A stretch of 64,000 nt of DNA, taken from contig CAVYTA010000004.1 in the NCBI GenBank assembly GCA_963771355.1, positions 248,252 through 312,251 on the forward strand. Reading direction: 5' to 3'. Made by a program: the position numbers and the translations under genes. The notes beneath the pieces were generated by a model. The model was not told the DNA's origin. It saw nothing but the letters and a program-made list of their open reading frames with translations, and did not search any database. Position 1 is the stretch's first letter. The number at the start of each line of letters is the position of its first letter. The stretch is from an uncultured Candidatus Rokubacteria bacterium. Lineage in GTDB: Bacteria; Methylomirabilota; Methylomirabilia; Rokubacteriales; CSP1-6. Shown piece after piece: positions 18,473 through 28,733 of this stretch.

Positions 18473-18500
18473 ATCATAGCCGATGGCGCCGTGGTACGCT
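18473..18500. promoter_or_regulatory. Back-to-back -10 elements for leaderless transcripts
   Basis: Minus strand TATGAT (18473-18478) 7 nt before the ggt ATG; plus strand TG-G-TACGCT (18495-18500) 7 nt before the ATG at 18508; no RBS on either side. Confidence 0.6.
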
Positions 18501-18507
18501 CGCCGAC

Positions 18508-19410
18508 ATGACCGCGACCTGGACCTGGGACCACGCGCTCACCGGGGTCGTCCCGCCGCTCATCTCCCCGCTGGGCGACGGCGGCGACGCCGACGCCGGG
18601 GCCATGGCCGCGCTGGTGGAGCACGTGGTCACGGGCGGCTGCACCGGCCTCTTCGTGCTCGGCGGCTGCGGGGAGGGCGCCTGGCTCACCACCGCCCAGC
18701 GCGACGCCGTCGTGCGGGCGGCGGTGAAGGCGGCCGCGGGCCGCGTGCCCGTGCTCGCGGCGGTGATGCTGCCCGCCACCGGGCCGGCGGTGGAGGCGGC
18801 GCGCCGCGCGCGCGGTGAGGGCGCCGACGCGCTCGTGGTGGGCTCGCCCTACTACTTCGCCGTGGACGGCGGCGGTCATCGGCGCCACGTGGAGGCGGTG
18901 CTGGAGGCGGCGGGGCTGCCCGGCCTGCTCTACAATATCCCGCAGTGCACGCACGCGGTGCTCGCCGCCGACACGGTGGCCGCGCTCGCGCGTGACGCGC
19001 GCGTCCTGGGGATGAAGGACTCGGCGGGGGACTTCCTGACCTTCCAGCGCTACCTCGCCGTGAAGCGCGACCGGCCCGACTTCCGCGTGCTCCAGGGCCA
19101 GGAGTCCTTGCTGGCCTCGAGCGTGCTGCACGGCGGCGACGGCGCGGTGCCCGGCGTGGCGAACATCGCGCCGCGGCTCTGCGTGGACCTCGTGCGCGCG
19201 GCCCACGCCGGAGATTCAGCGCGGGCCACCCAGCTCCAGGAGCAGGTGACGGGGCTGACGCGGGTGTACGAGCAGGGGCACTGGCTGCCCGCGCTCAAGA
19301 GCGCGTGCGCCCAACTCGGGCTGGGCAATGGCCGCCCGGCGCCTCCCCTCGAGCCCGCCGGGGACGCCCAGCGCGCGGCCATCGCCGCCCTCCTCGCCCG
19401 TCTCCCCTAG
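18508..19410 (+). CDS. Dihydrodipicolinate synthase family aldolase
   Basis: GGCGEG, SPYY, LYNIP, GMKDS Schiff-base Lys. Confidence 0.9.
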   Translation: MTATWTWDHALTGVVPPLISPLGDGGDADAGAMAALVEHVVTGGCTGLFVLGGCGEGAWLTTAQRDAVVRAAVKAAAGRVPVLAAVMLPATGPAVEAARRARGEGADALVVGSPYYFAVDGGGHRRHVEAVLEAAGLPGLLYNIPQCTHAVLAADTVAALARDARVLGMKDSAGDFLTFQRYLAVKRDRPDFRVLQGQESLLASSVLHGGDGAVPGVANIAPRLCVDLVRAAHAGDSARATQLQEQVTGLTRVYEQGHWLPALKSACAQLGLGNGRPAPPLEPAGDAQRAAIAALLARLP

Positions 19411-19461
19411 CCGGCTACGGAAACACCACCGGCGCATTTTTCAGCGGCAGACTAGGGCAGA

Positions 19462-20199
19462 CTAGACGGCGATATCCGCCGACTGCATCCGCTTCACGCC
19501 GGCCGCCTGCATCTCCTTCCAGGCCTTGCCGAGCGAGCCGTCCACGTCGATGCCGCGGCAGGCGTCCTCGATCACCGCGGCCTCGAAGCCGGCCTTGCGC
19601 GCGTCCAGCGCGGACCAGGCCACGCAGAAGTCGGTGGCCAGCCCCACGAAATAGCAGCGAGAGAGATTTCGCTCGCGAAGATAGCCGGCCAGCCCGGTGG
19701 GCGTCTTCCCATCCGCTTCCATGAAGGCGGAGTAGGAGTCCACGTCCTTGCGGTAGCCCTTGCGGATCACGAGCTCGGCGTGCGGGATCTTGAGCGCGGG
19801 GTGCAGGTTGGCGCCGTCGGTGCCCTGCACGCAGTGATCGGGCCAGAGGACCTGGGGGCCGTACTGCAGCGCGACCATCTCGAACGGCTTCTTCCCCGCA
19901 TGACTGGACGCGAACGACACGTGCCCCGGGGTATGCCAGTCCTGGGTGAGCACCACGTGCTCGAAGCCGCCCGCCAGCTTGTTGATCAGCGGGACGATGG
20001 TGTCGCCGTCCTTCACCGCCAGGGAGCCGCCCGGCGTGAAGCAGTTCTGCACGTCGATGACGAGCAGCACGTCCTGCGCGCCCGGCTTGATCTTGGTGCC
20101 CTGCGCGGCGGCGCGGCCGGTCCGCCCCGTCATCGCGGCCGCCGCGAGCCCGGCGGCGGCCAGTCCGAGAAACACCCGACGATCGTGACGCATGGTCAT
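19462..20199 (-). CDS. pncA: Nicotinamidase/pyrazinamidase with Tat signal
   Basis: IDVQN, TQDWH...H.SFAS, WPDHCVQ, GLATDFCV; N-terminal RRVFLG. Confidence 0.9.
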   Translation of the reverse strand: MTMRHDRRVFLGLAAAGLAAAAMTGRTGRAAAQGTKIKPGAQDVLLVIDVQNCFTPGGSLAVKDGDTIVPLINKLAGGFEHVVLTQDWHTPGHVSFASSHAGKKPFEMVALQYGPQVLWPDHCVQGTDGANLHPALKIPHAELVIRKGYRKDVDSYSAFMEADGKTPTGLAGYLRERNLSRCYFVGLATDFCVAWSALDARKAGFEAAVIEDACRGIDVDGSLGKAWKEMQAAGVKRMQSADIAV

Positions 20200-20254
20200 C
20201 CTCCTCTCGCTGCCCCGTCCCGCGGCAGCGCGCCAGTGTGTGGCGAGTATAGCG

Positions 20255-21534
20255 CTAGCCGAGCTTGAGGAGGCGCGGAAGGATGAGCGTGACCCACGGC
20301 ACCAGGATCACGATGAGGAGGCCGGCGCACATCATGTAAACGTACGGCATCATGTCACGGGTGGCGCGGTCCACCGGCACCCGGGCGATGCCGCAGGCGA
20401 TGAAGAAGCCGACGCCGATGGGCGGCAGGAAGAGGCCGATCCCGGTGGCGGCCACCACCACGGTGGAGTAGTGGATCACGTCGATGCCGAGCCGCTGCAC
20501 CACCGGCATGAAGGTGGGGAGGAGGATGACCACGGCCGGTAAACCCTCCAGGACGGCGCCGAGGAGTATGAAGAGGAGCGCAGTGAGGACGAGGAAGACG
20601 ATATTGCCCCCCGGCACCGCCAGCATGAGGCGGAGCAGCATCTGCGGCACCTGCTCCACCGCGAGGATCCACGCCACCACCGCGGCGGTGCCGAGGAGGA
20701 AGCACACCGTCGCGGTGACCACCGCGCTGGTGATGAAGATGCCGGGGAGATCCCGCCACTTGATCTCGCGGTACACGAACACGCCCACGATGAAGGCGTA
20801 GACCACCGCGAGCACCGCCGCCTCGGTGGGGGTGACCACACCCCCAGGATGCCGCCGAAGATGATGGCGGGCAGCCCCAGCGGGATCACCGCGTCCACGA
20901 AGGCCTTCCAGATGGTGCGGAGCCCGGCCACCTGGCGCGCCTCGATGCCGCTGCGCCGGGCGTCGAACCAGATGTAGACCATGATGGCGAGGGCCAGCAC
21001 CACCGCGGGCAGGAAGCCGGCGGCGAACAGCGCCGCCACCGAGACGTTCGCCACCGAGCCGATGACGATCATGAGGATGCACGGCGGCACCAGGATGCCC
21101 ATGGCGGAGGCGGCGGACACCACCGCGACCGCCTGCTCCGGGCGATATCCCGCGCGCAGCATGGGCGGGATCATGGTGGAGCCGATGGCGGAGACGTCAG
21201 CGACGGTCGAGCCAGAAATACCGGAGAAGATGTACTCGGCCACCACCACCGCCATGGAGAGCCCGCCGCGGATCCAGCCCACCAGTGCCTGCGCCAGACG
21301 GACCAGCCGCACCGCGATGCCGCCCGTCTCCATGAGGGCGCCGGCGAGGATGAAGAGGGGAATGGCGAGGAGCACGAAGGAGTCCACGCCCTCGAACGTC
21401 TGCTTGACGATCACGGTGTAGGGGTAGGCTCCCGACCACCAGAGCCCGACGAAGCCGGCCAGCCCGATGACGAAGGCCACCGGCACGCCCAGCAGCAGAA
21501 GCGTGATGAAGGCGAGAGCGACGAGGACGACCAT
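20255..21534 (-). CDS. dctM: TRAP transporter large permease DctM (1-nt frameshift at ~20841-20845)
   Basis: LLAIPLFILAG and FSGISGS; adding one base in the C5 run restores GGILGGVVTPTEAA. Confidence 0.9.
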
Positions 21535-21535
21535 C

Positions 21536-22018
21536 TCAGTGGCCGTCCGCCTCGACGGCGGGCCGGCCCCGGAAGGCGCGCCACAGATGCGGCAGGCTAT
21601 AGAGAATGATGAGCGCGCCCCCCACCGGCACGGACGCGTAGACGTACTGCTTGGACAGCCCCATCACCGGCGTCTGCTGGAACTGGCCCAGCTCCACCAG
21701 CTTCCAGCCCTGCTCGATGAGGATCCAGCCGAAGCCGATCACGGCCAGGATGCCGAGGATGGTCGCCTGGCGCCGGAGCCCGGCCGGGAAGCGGTCGATC
21801 ACGAGATGGAGGCGGAAGTGGGCGGCGCGCTTCACGCCCACCGCCGCCCCCAGGAACACGATCCACACGAAGAGGAGCCGCGCGATCTCGTCGTACCACG
21901 TGAACGTGCGGCCCATCACGTAGCGCGAGAAGACGCCGAGAAACACGTCCGCGCAGAGCAGCACCATCATGACGAGGAGGATGCCCTCGACGGTATTGCC
22001 GAGCGCGCGACGAATCAC
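21536..22018 (-). CDS. dctQ: TRAP transporter small permease DctQ
   Basis: VFSRYV...WYDEIARLLFVW..FLGA. Confidence 0.9.
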   Translation of the reverse strand: MIRRALGNTVEGILLVMMVLLCADVFLGVFSRYVMGRTFTWYDEIARLLFVWIVFLGAAVGVKRAAHFRLHLVIDRFPAGLRRQATILGILAVIGFGWILIEQGWKLVELGQFQQTPVMGLSKQYVYASVPVGGALIILYSLPHLWRAFRGRPAVEADGH

Positions 22019-22033
22019 CGAGAGGCTACGATG

Positions 22034-23053
22034 CTATTTGCCGGCGGCGGCGATGGCCGCGTTCAGGCGCCCCATGAACTCCTTGCCGACCTTGGACTCG
22101 ACGCTGTCGTAGACCGGCTTCATGAGCGCCTGGAACTGCTTGATGTCCTTCACCTCGTTGATCTGGGTCCCCGCCTTCTTCATGATGTCGAAGTCCGCCT
22201 TCTCGCGCTCGACCTCGATCTTGCGATTGGCGTCGCACGCGGCGCGCATGGACTCGTCCACCGCCTTCTGCAGATCCGGCGGCAGGGCCTGATACTTCTT
22301 GAGGTTGGCGAACCACCCGATGGGCGGGTAGGAGTGCCGGGTGAGCGAGTAGAACTTGGTCACCTCCTGGAACTTGTCCGCGGTGACGGTGAAGGAGGGT
22401 AGCTCCATCCCGTCGATGGTGCCCTGCTTCATGGCGAGGTAGACCTCGACGTAGGGCATGGGGACGGGGTTGGCGCCCAGCGCCTTCATGAGCGAGATGT
22501 AGGTGGGCGACTCCTGCACGCGTATGGTCTGGCCCTTCATGTCCTCCGGCGTGAAGATCGCGCGCTTGTTGGACATCATGTTGCGGAAGCCCCAGCCGCC
22601 GCCGAAGCAGAAGGCGCGGAGCCCCTTGGCCTCCATCTTCTTGAGCAGCTCCTGGCCGAGCGGGCCATCCATGACCTTCCAGACCTGCTCGCGGCTCGAC
22701 CAGAGGAAGGGAAGGTCGAGCGCCTGATAGAGGGGCTCGAACATGCCACCGATGGGCGCGGAGCCGATGGGAACGATGTCGATGGTGCCGAGCTGGGCGC
22801 CTTCCAGATGCGCGGCCTCGCCCTTGGCGATCGAGTTGCCGAGATGGAGCTCGATCTTCATCCGGCCCTTGGACTTCTCCTGGAGCGTCTTGTCGAGGAC
22901 GGCGGCCGCCAGGTTGATCGGACTATCGGGGCCGGTGGGGGTGCCCATCTTCCAGACCATTGGCGCGGTAGGTGTCGTCTGCGCGGCGGCGGGCGCGACG
23001 GCGACGAGCAGGGCCAGGCCGAGACACAGCACGAGGGCGAGCAGTCGCGTCAT
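22034..23053 (-). CDS. dctP: TRAP substrate-binding protein DctP
   Basis: DLPFLW, GFRNM, IRVQ (carboxylate-binding Arg), EVYLAM..GTIDG.E. Confidence 0.9.
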   Translation of the reverse strand: MTRLLALVLCLGLALLVAVAPAAAQTTPTAPMVWKMGTPTGPDSPINLAAAVLDKTLQEKSKGRMKIELHLGNSIAKGEAAHLEGAQLGTIDIVPIGSAPIGGMFEPLYQALDLPFLWSSREQVWKVMDGPLGQELLKKMEAKGLRAFCFGGGWGFRNMMSNKRAIFTPEDMKGQTIRVQESPTYISLMKALGANPVPMPYVEVYLAMKQGTIDGMELPSFTVTADKFQEVTKFYSLTRHSYPPIGWFANLKKYQALPPDLQKAVDESMRAACDANRKIEVEREKADFDIMKKAGTQINEVKDIKQFQALMKPVYDSVESKVGKEFMGRLNAAIAAAGK

Positions 23054-23204
23054 CGCGGATTCTCCTTCGGCTGAGCGGGTTCGGATAGTGGAAGCGCGGA
23101 CCATGGACGTAGGCCACCCTGGTAACACGGGGCTTCGAGACGGTCAAGGCGCATGCGGTGCGGGGCCCCGGAGTGCGATACCCTCGCGCGCGGGAGGGCC
23201 CGAC

Positions 23205-23729
23205 ATGGCTCGGATCGCACGGTGGCTGGCGGCGGCGCTGGTGGCGGCGGGGTGCATGCATCCGCAGTCCGAGGTCCCCTACGTACAGACGCCCGACGAC
23301 GTGGCCATCCAGATGCTGCGGCTCGCCGACGTGCGGGCGGAGGACACGGTCTGGGATCTCGGCTCGGGCGACGGCCGCATCGTCCTCCTGGCCGCCCGCC
23401 AGTTCGGCGCCCGGGGCGTGGGGGTCGAGATCGAGCCCCGGCTGGTGACGGAGAGCCGCGACAGCGCGCGGAAGCTCAAGGTGGACGACCGCGTGGAGTT
23501 CGTCCAGAAGAGCTTCTTCGACGTGGACGTGAGCCCGGCCACCGTGGTGACCCTGTATCTCGGGCAGGACCTCAATCTCCGCCTGCGCCCGAAGCTCCAG
23601 CGTGAGCTGCGCAAAGGCTCGCGCATCGTCTCCAACGAGTTCGACATGGGCGAGTGGGCGCCGGACAAGACGGTGATCGTCCGCAGCCGGGAGCGCACCT
23701 ACCGGCTGATGCTCTGGACGGTGCGCTGA
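23205..23729 (+). CDS. Class I SAM-dependent methyltransferase with lipoprotein-like signal
   Basis: VPYVQTP, DLGSGDGRI, ATVVTLYL; LVAAGC. Confidence 0.85.
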   Translation: MARIARWLAAALVAAGCMHPQSEVPYVQTPDDVAIQMLRLADVRAEDTVWDLGSGDGRIVLLAARQFGARGVGVEIEPRLVTESRDSARKLKVDDRVEFVQKSFFDVDVSPATVVTLYLGQDLNLRLRPKLQRELRKGSRIVSNEFDMGEWAPDKTVIVRSRERTYRLMLWTVR

Positions 23730-23734
23730 GGCGG

Positions 23735-24697
23735 ATGCGCGCTCGCCGTCGCGCGCTCCTCGCCCTGCTCGCCGTCCTGGGCCTGGCCGTCCCGGCGCCG
23801 GCCCAGCCGCCGGCTTCGCTGAAGATCCTCATCCCCGCCGATCCCGGCGGGAGCTGGGATCAGATGGCTCGCGCGATGGAGCAAGCGCTCCGGATGGAGA
23901 AGCTCGTGGCGGGGCCCATCCGGCTGACCAACCGCGGCGGCGGCGACGGCACCGCGGGGCTCGCCAGGTTCGCCCGGGCCAAGGGGGAGGCCGGCTCCCT
24001 CATGGTCATGGGCCAGACGATGATCGCCGCCATCGTCACCGGCGGGTCGCTCCGTACGCTGGCCTCGGTGACGCCCATCGCGCGGCTCACCTCCGAGCCC
24101 GCGGTGATCGTGGTGCCGGCGAGCTCGCCGTTCCGGACGCTCAAGGACTTGACCGAGAGGCTGAAGAAGGATGCCGACACGGTGTCCATCACCGGCGGCT
24201 CGCGCGGCGGCTCCGACCACATCCTCGCCGCGCTCATCGCCGAGTCGCAGGGCGTGCCCGCCAGCAGGGTCAACTACGTCGCCTACGCCGGCGGCGGCGA
24301 CGCGGTAGCGGCGCTGCTGGAGGCGCGGGTGGCGGCCGGTATCGGCGGCTGGGGCGAGCTCCAGGCGCATGTCGGGTCCGGCAAGCTGCGCGCGCTCGCC
24401 ATTTCGTCGCCGCGGCGGGTGCCCGGGATCAACGCGCCCACCCTCAAGGAGCAGGGGGTCGCCATCGAGTTCGGCAACTGGCGCGGAGTGGTCGCGCCCG
24501 AGGGCGTTTCCGTCGCCGACCGCAAAGCCCTCCTCGACACGATGGAGCGACTGGCGAAGTCGGCGACGTGGAAGCAGACCCTCAGAAAGCAGAGCTGGGA
24601 GGACGCGTATCTTGCGGGCGCCGCCTTCGGTGAGGCCATTGAGGCCGAGACCGCGCGGATCGCCACCGTGCTGCGCGGCCTCGGCGTGGCCCCCTGA
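23735..24697 (+). CDS. Tripartite tricarboxylate transporter substrate-binding protein (TctC/Bug)
   Basis: PADPGGSWD..AR, GGSRGGSDH, GGGDA, NWRG. Confidence 0.9.
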   Translation: MRARRRALLALLAVLGLAVPAPAQPPASLKILIPADPGGSWDQMARAMEQALRMEKLVAGPIRLTNRGGGDGTAGLARFARAKGEAGSLMVMGQTMIAAIVTGGSLRTLASVTPIARLTSEPAVIVVPASSPFRTLKDLTERLKKDADTVSITGGSRGGSDHILAALIAESQGVPASRVNYVAYAGGGDAVAALLEARVAAGIGGWGELQAHVGSGKLRALAISSPRRVPGINAPTLKEQGVAIEFGNWRGVVAPEGVSVADRKALLDTMERLAKSATWKQTLRKQSWEDAYLAGAAFGEAIEAETARIATVLRGLGVAP

Positions 24698-24711
24698 TCC
24701 CTCCTCGCACC

Positions 24712-25305
24712 CTATGTGTTGCGACTACTCCGCCGGCCCGCCTGAGCGGACTCCGTCGGGGACGACCGCGGATCGCCCACCGCGAGGACCTTGTCGCTCT
24801 GCTCTTTCCTGAAGCGGTGGAGGGCGTCGCGCAACCGCCGGTCGTGGGCGGCGAGGATGGCCACCGCGAAGAGCGCGGCATTGGTGGCGCCGGCGCGGCC
24901 GATAGCGAAGGTGGCCACCGGGATGCCGGCGGGCATCTGCACGGTGGACAGGAGCGAGTCCATGCCCTTGAGCGCCGCCGACTCCATCGGCACGCCCAGC
25001 ACGGGGAGCACCGTCTTGGCCGCGGTGACGCCGGCCAGATGGGCGGCCCCGCCGGCGGCGGCGATGATGACCGCGAGGCCGCGCGCCTCCGCGGTGGACG
25101 CCCACTCGAGCAGCGCGTCGGGCGTGCGGTGCGCGGAGAGGACCCGGACCTCGAAGGGCACCGCGAAGGAGTCGAGTGTCTCCGCCGCGTGGGCCATCGT
25201 CTCCCAGTCCGAGCGCGAGCCCATCACGACGCCGACCACGGATTTCGTGGGGGGCTTCTTGGGGGTTTTCGTGGAGGGGTTCGGAGGGTTCGCGGGGGGT
25301 TTCAT
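24712..25305 (-). CDS. purE: N5-CAIR mutase
   Basis: [36 protein letters not shown] -10 lies 8 nt before the ATG. Confidence 0.95.
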   Translation of the reverse strand: MKPPANPPNPSTKTPKKPPTKSVVGVVMGSRSDWETMAHAAETLDSFAVPFEVRVLSAHRTPDALLEWASTAEARGLAVIIAAAGGAAHLAGVTAAKTVLPVLGVPMESAALKGMDSLLSTVQMPAGIPVATFAIGRAGATNAALFAVAILAAHDRRLRDALHRFRKEQSDKVLAVGDPRSSPTESAQAGRRSSRNT

Positions 25306-25385
25306 GAGGAGGAATTGTAGCAGGGCCGACGCGGAGTTGGCAGTGATATACTCGCGTCGATGTATCAATTCCTCCGGAGGTTTCC

Positions 25386-25739
25386 GTGAGCGGGTATCTG
25401 CCCGTTGTCATCTATCTGGCGCTCATCGTCGCGTTCGGCGTGGTGTCGCTCGGGATGGCCATGATCCTTCGTCCCGCCCGGCCCACCGTGACCAAGCTCG
25501 AGAACTACGAGTGCGGCGCGGAGCCCATCGGCCAGGCCTGGGTGCAGTTCCCGGTGGGCTTCTATCTGGTGGCGCTGATCTTCATCGTCTTCGACGCCCT
25601 CGCGGTCTTCCTCTTCCCGTGGGCGCTCTCGCTCCGCGGGCTGGGGCTGCCCGCCGTCGGGGCCATGGCGATCTTTCTCGGCTTCCTGTCGCTCGGCTGG
25701 CTCTACGCGCTCAGGGAGGGCATCCTGGAGTGGAAGTGA
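25386..25739 (+). CDS. nuoA: NADH-quinone oxidoreductase subunit A
   Basis: YECG, FIVFD, G.LEW. Confidence 0.95.
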   Translation: MSGYLPVVIYLALIVAFGVVSLGMAMILRPARPTVTKLENYECGAEPIGQAWVQFPVGFYLVALIFIVFDALAVFLFPWALSLRGLGLPAVGAMAIFLGFLSLGWLYALREGILEWK

Positions 25740-26368
25740 AGGGACCTGTCCCGCAGATTCCCCCCGCGGTGTGGACCGAGTTCAAGGATCTGCAGGAGTG
25801 GGAGAAGTATCATCAGTCGCGGCCCGAGGGTGACAAGCACTCCGCGCTCTTCGAGGCGATCACCGACGGCATCCACCATTTCCCCGGTGGCTTCCTCGTC
25901 ACCACGGTGGCGGACGGGTTTCTCAACTGGGCCCGCAAGTCCTCCGTCTGGCCGGTGACGTTCGGCCTCGCCTGCTGCGCCATCGAGATGATGGCCACCT
26001 TCGCCTCGCGCTTCGATGTGGAGCGCCTGGGCATGGTGCCGTGGGCCTCGCCGCGCCACTCCGACCTCATGATCGTGTCGGGCACGGTGACGATCAAGAT
26101 GGCGCCCATGCTCAAGCGCATCTACGACCAGATGCCCGATCCCAAGTGGGTGGTGTCCATGGGCTCGTGCGCCAACTCGGGGGGCCCCTTCCGGCACGGC
26201 TATCACGTGGTGAAGGGCGTGGATCGCGTGGTGCCGGTGGACGTCTACGTACCGGGCTGCCCGCCGCCGCCGGAGTCCCTGCTCAACGGGCTCCTGATCC
26301 TCCAGGACCAGATCTCGCACTTCCGCCAGTCGGGGAAGCGCCCCGCCCCCACGGCGAAGATCGACTGA
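25736..26368 (+). CDS. nuoB: NADH-quinone oxidoreductase subunit B
   Basis: [20 protein letters not shown]. Confidence 0.95.
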   Translation: MKGPVPQIPPAVWTEFKDLQEWEKYHQSRPEGDKHSALFEAITDGIHHFPGGFLVTTVADGFLNWARKSSVWPVTFGLACCAIEMMATFASRFDVERLGMVPWASPRHSDLMIVSGTVTIKMAPMLKRIYDQMPDPKWVVSMGSCANSGGPFRHGYHVVKGVDRVVPVDVYVPGCPPPPESLLNGLLILQDQISHFRQSGKRPAPTAKID

Positions 26369-26370
26369 GC

Positions 26371-26823
26371 GTGACGCCCGACCAGGCCCGCGCGGTGATC
26401 CAGGAGAAGCTCGGCGTGGCGGCGACCGGCGAGGGCCCCGCCCTCGCGGTGACGGTGCCCGCCGGGCAGTGGCTCACCGCCGCCCGCCTGGCCCGCGAGG
26501 CCCTCGGCTGCGTCTACTTCAACTTCTGCAGCGCGGTGGACTGGAAGGAGGAGGGGCTCGAGGTGCTGGCGCGCGTGGAGAATCTCGACGCGCCCTTCGC
26601 GCTCACCCTCCGGACCCGGCTCGGCGCCGGCGTCACCGCGTGCCCGTCCCTGACCTCCCTCTGGCGCGGGGCGGACTGGATGGAGCGCGAGTGCTACGAC
26701 ATGTTCGGGATCCGCTTCGAGGGCCATCCGGATCTCCGGCGCATCCTCCTTCCCCAGGACTGGGAGGGGCATCCGCTGCTGAAGTCCTACGCGGTGGACA
26801 CACCGCATCCGCCCTATCGGTGA
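26371..26823 (+). CDS. nuoC: NADH-quinone oxidoreductase subunit C
   Basis: WMERECYDMFGIRFEGHPDLRRIL...GHPL. Confidence 0.95.
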   Translation: MTPDQARAVIQEKLGVAATGEGPALAVTVPAGQWLTAARLAREALGCVYFNFCSAVDWKEEGLEVLARVENLDAPFALTLRTRLGAGVTACPSLTSLWRGADWMERECYDMFGIRFEGHPDLRRILLPQDWEGHPLLKSYAVDTPHPPYR

Positions 26824-26836
26824 GGGAGGCGAGGCC

Positions 26837-27472
26837 ATGATCCACGAGCTCCGGACCTACACGCTGCAGCCGGGCGCCCAGGCGAAGTATCTCCAGCTCT
26901 CCGGTGAGGTTGGCCGCAAGATCCGCGGCGACCGGTTCGGCAAGCAGGAGGGGTTCTGGTTCACCGAGTTCGGCACGCTGAACCAGCTGGTGCATCTCTG
27001 GAGCTTTCCCGACCTCAACGAGCGGGAGCGGCTGCGGGGCCTCCTGGCCAAGGACGACGCGTGGAACAAGGAGTACATCCCGCAGGTCCGGCCCCTGATG
27101 CTGGCGCAGGAGAACAAGATCATGTCTCCGGTACTGCCGCTCAATCCCACCCCCGATCCCGGCTGGGTCTACGAGCTGCGCTGGTACCGTACCCACGTGG
27201 GTCGCGCCAAGGAGTGGCTCGACCACTTCACGGCGGTCATGCCCACGCGGGAGAAGCACATGCATCGGGTCGGCCTCTGGCAGACCGAGATCGCCCAGCT
27301 CAACGAGGTCGTGCACATGTGGGCGTTCCGCGACCTCAAGGAGCGCGCGGAAGCGCGCGGACGCCTGGCCAAGGAGCCGGCCTGGCAGGACTTCCTCGCC
27401 AAGTCCATCTCCTGCCTCGCTCACATGCAGGCCATCGTGCTCATGCCCGCCCCGTTCTCTGTCATGCGCTAA
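26837..27472 (+). CDS. Tandem-domain NIPSNAP family protein
   Basis: Two repeats: ELRTY/ELRWY ... TE.G.LN..VH.W.F.DL.ER. Confidence 0.9.
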   Translation: MIHELRTYTLQPGAQAKYLQLSGEVGRKIRGDRFGKQEGFWFTEFGTLNQLVHLWSFPDLNERERLRGLLAKDDAWNKEYIPQVRPLMLAQENKIMSPVLPLNPTPDPGWVYELRWYRTHVGRAKEWLDHFTAVMPTREKHMHRVGLWQTEIAQLNEVVHMWAFRDLKERAEARGRLAKEPAWQDFLAKSISCLAHMQAIVLMPAPFSVMR

Positions 27473-27490
27473 GCCCGGCCGCGACTCGCC

Positions 27491-28655
27491 ATGACCGACC
27501 CCGAAGCGCGCAAAGTCATCGAGATGGGCTACGGCGGCAGCGAGCGGCTCACCATGAACATGGGGCCGCAGCACCCGTCCGCCCACGGGGTCTTCCGCGC
27601 CATCCTCACCCTCGAGGGCGAGACGGTGGCGGCGGTGGATGCGGTGATCGGCTACCTCCACCGCTGCCACGAGAAGCTCGGGGAGAGCCTGACCTACACC
27701 CAGTACCCCTCCATCGCGTCGAAGACCGACTACGTGGCGGCGATGACCAGCGAGCTCGCCTACGTGCGCGCGGCGGAGATCATCGGCAAGTTCGAGGTGC
27801 CCAAGCGCGCCCAGTACCTGCGCGTGCTGGTGGCGGAGCTCCAGCGCGTGGCCTCGCACTGTCTCTGGCTGGGCACCTGGTGCCTGGACATGGGCGGCGC
27901 GCTCGGCGGCGGCGCCACCGTGTTCCTCTACTGCATCCGCGAGCGCGAGGCGGTGCTCGACCTCTTCGAGTCGCTGGTCGGGCGCGCGCCTCCTCTACGG
28001 CTTCCACCAGGTGGGCGGCACCCGCTACGATTTACCAAGCGGTTGGGCAGACGCGTGTCGTCGGACGGTGGCCCTCATCGACAAGCGGGTGGACGAGTAC
28101 GAGGACATGCTCGAGGGAAACCCCTTCTTCCTCGCGCGCACCCAGGGGGTGGGGGTGATCTCGCGCACGCTCGCGCAGGAGGTCGGCATCTCCGGTCCCC
28201 TCATCCGCGGCTCCGGGGTGAACTACGACATCCGCCGGATGGAGCCCTACTCGTCCTACGAAGATTTCGACTTCAAGGTACCGGTGGAGACGGCGGGTGA
28301 CTGCTACGCGCGCTACCGGGTCCGGATGCAGGAGTTCCGCGAGTCTCTCAAGATCGTCCGCCAGGCCCTGGACGGACTGCCGGACGGGCCCATCTCCTCA
28401 CGGCCGGGCGTCAAGTCGGTGGGGCAGGTGCGCGTCCCCAAGGGGGAGGGCTACGCCCGGGTGGAGGGCGCGCGGGGTGAGGTCGGCTGCTATCTCATCG
28501 CCGACGGCAGCGCCAAGCCCTATCGCATGAAGTGGCGGGGCGCCTCCTTCTCCAACCTCTCGGTCCTCCCCCACATCATTCCCGGCCACAAGGTCGCCGA
28601 CGTGGTGGCGATCATGGGCTCGGTGGACCCCGTGTTCGGAGAAGTCGATCGATGA
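27491..28655 (+). CDS. nuoD: NADH-quinone oxidoreductase subunit D (1-nt frameshift at ~27980-27982)
   Basis: NMGPQHPSAHG, GYLHR, D.VFGEVDR; removing one G restores LVGARLLYGFHQVGG. Confidence 0.92.
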
Positions 28656-28710
28656 CGCCAGAGGCGTCATCGATGAGGGGGAGAGCGGGGGCCATTTCGA
28701 GGCCCCCGCT
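28648..28710. repeat. Two adjacent perfect hairpins between nuoD and nuoH
   Basis: ATCGATGACGCC-aga-GGCGTCATCGAT (12 bp) and AGCGGGGGCC-atttcga-GGCCCCCGCT (10 bp). Confidence 0.75.
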
Positions 28711-28733
28711 GATGGTGATCAGAGCGGGTCGCC

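Noticed and set aside
16798..19206. 802-aa extended GGT
   Set aside because: The N-terminal extension is the antisense frame of the aldolase gene; the real start is 18465.
25358..25369. FNR box upstream of nuoA (TCGAT-GT-ATCAA)
   Set aside because: The spacer is 2 nt rather than 4 and one half-site is mismatched.
27491..28655. Group 4 [NiFe]-hydrogenase large subunit
   Set aside because: It lacks both CxxC Ni-binding motifs and has the NuoD quinone-site motifs.
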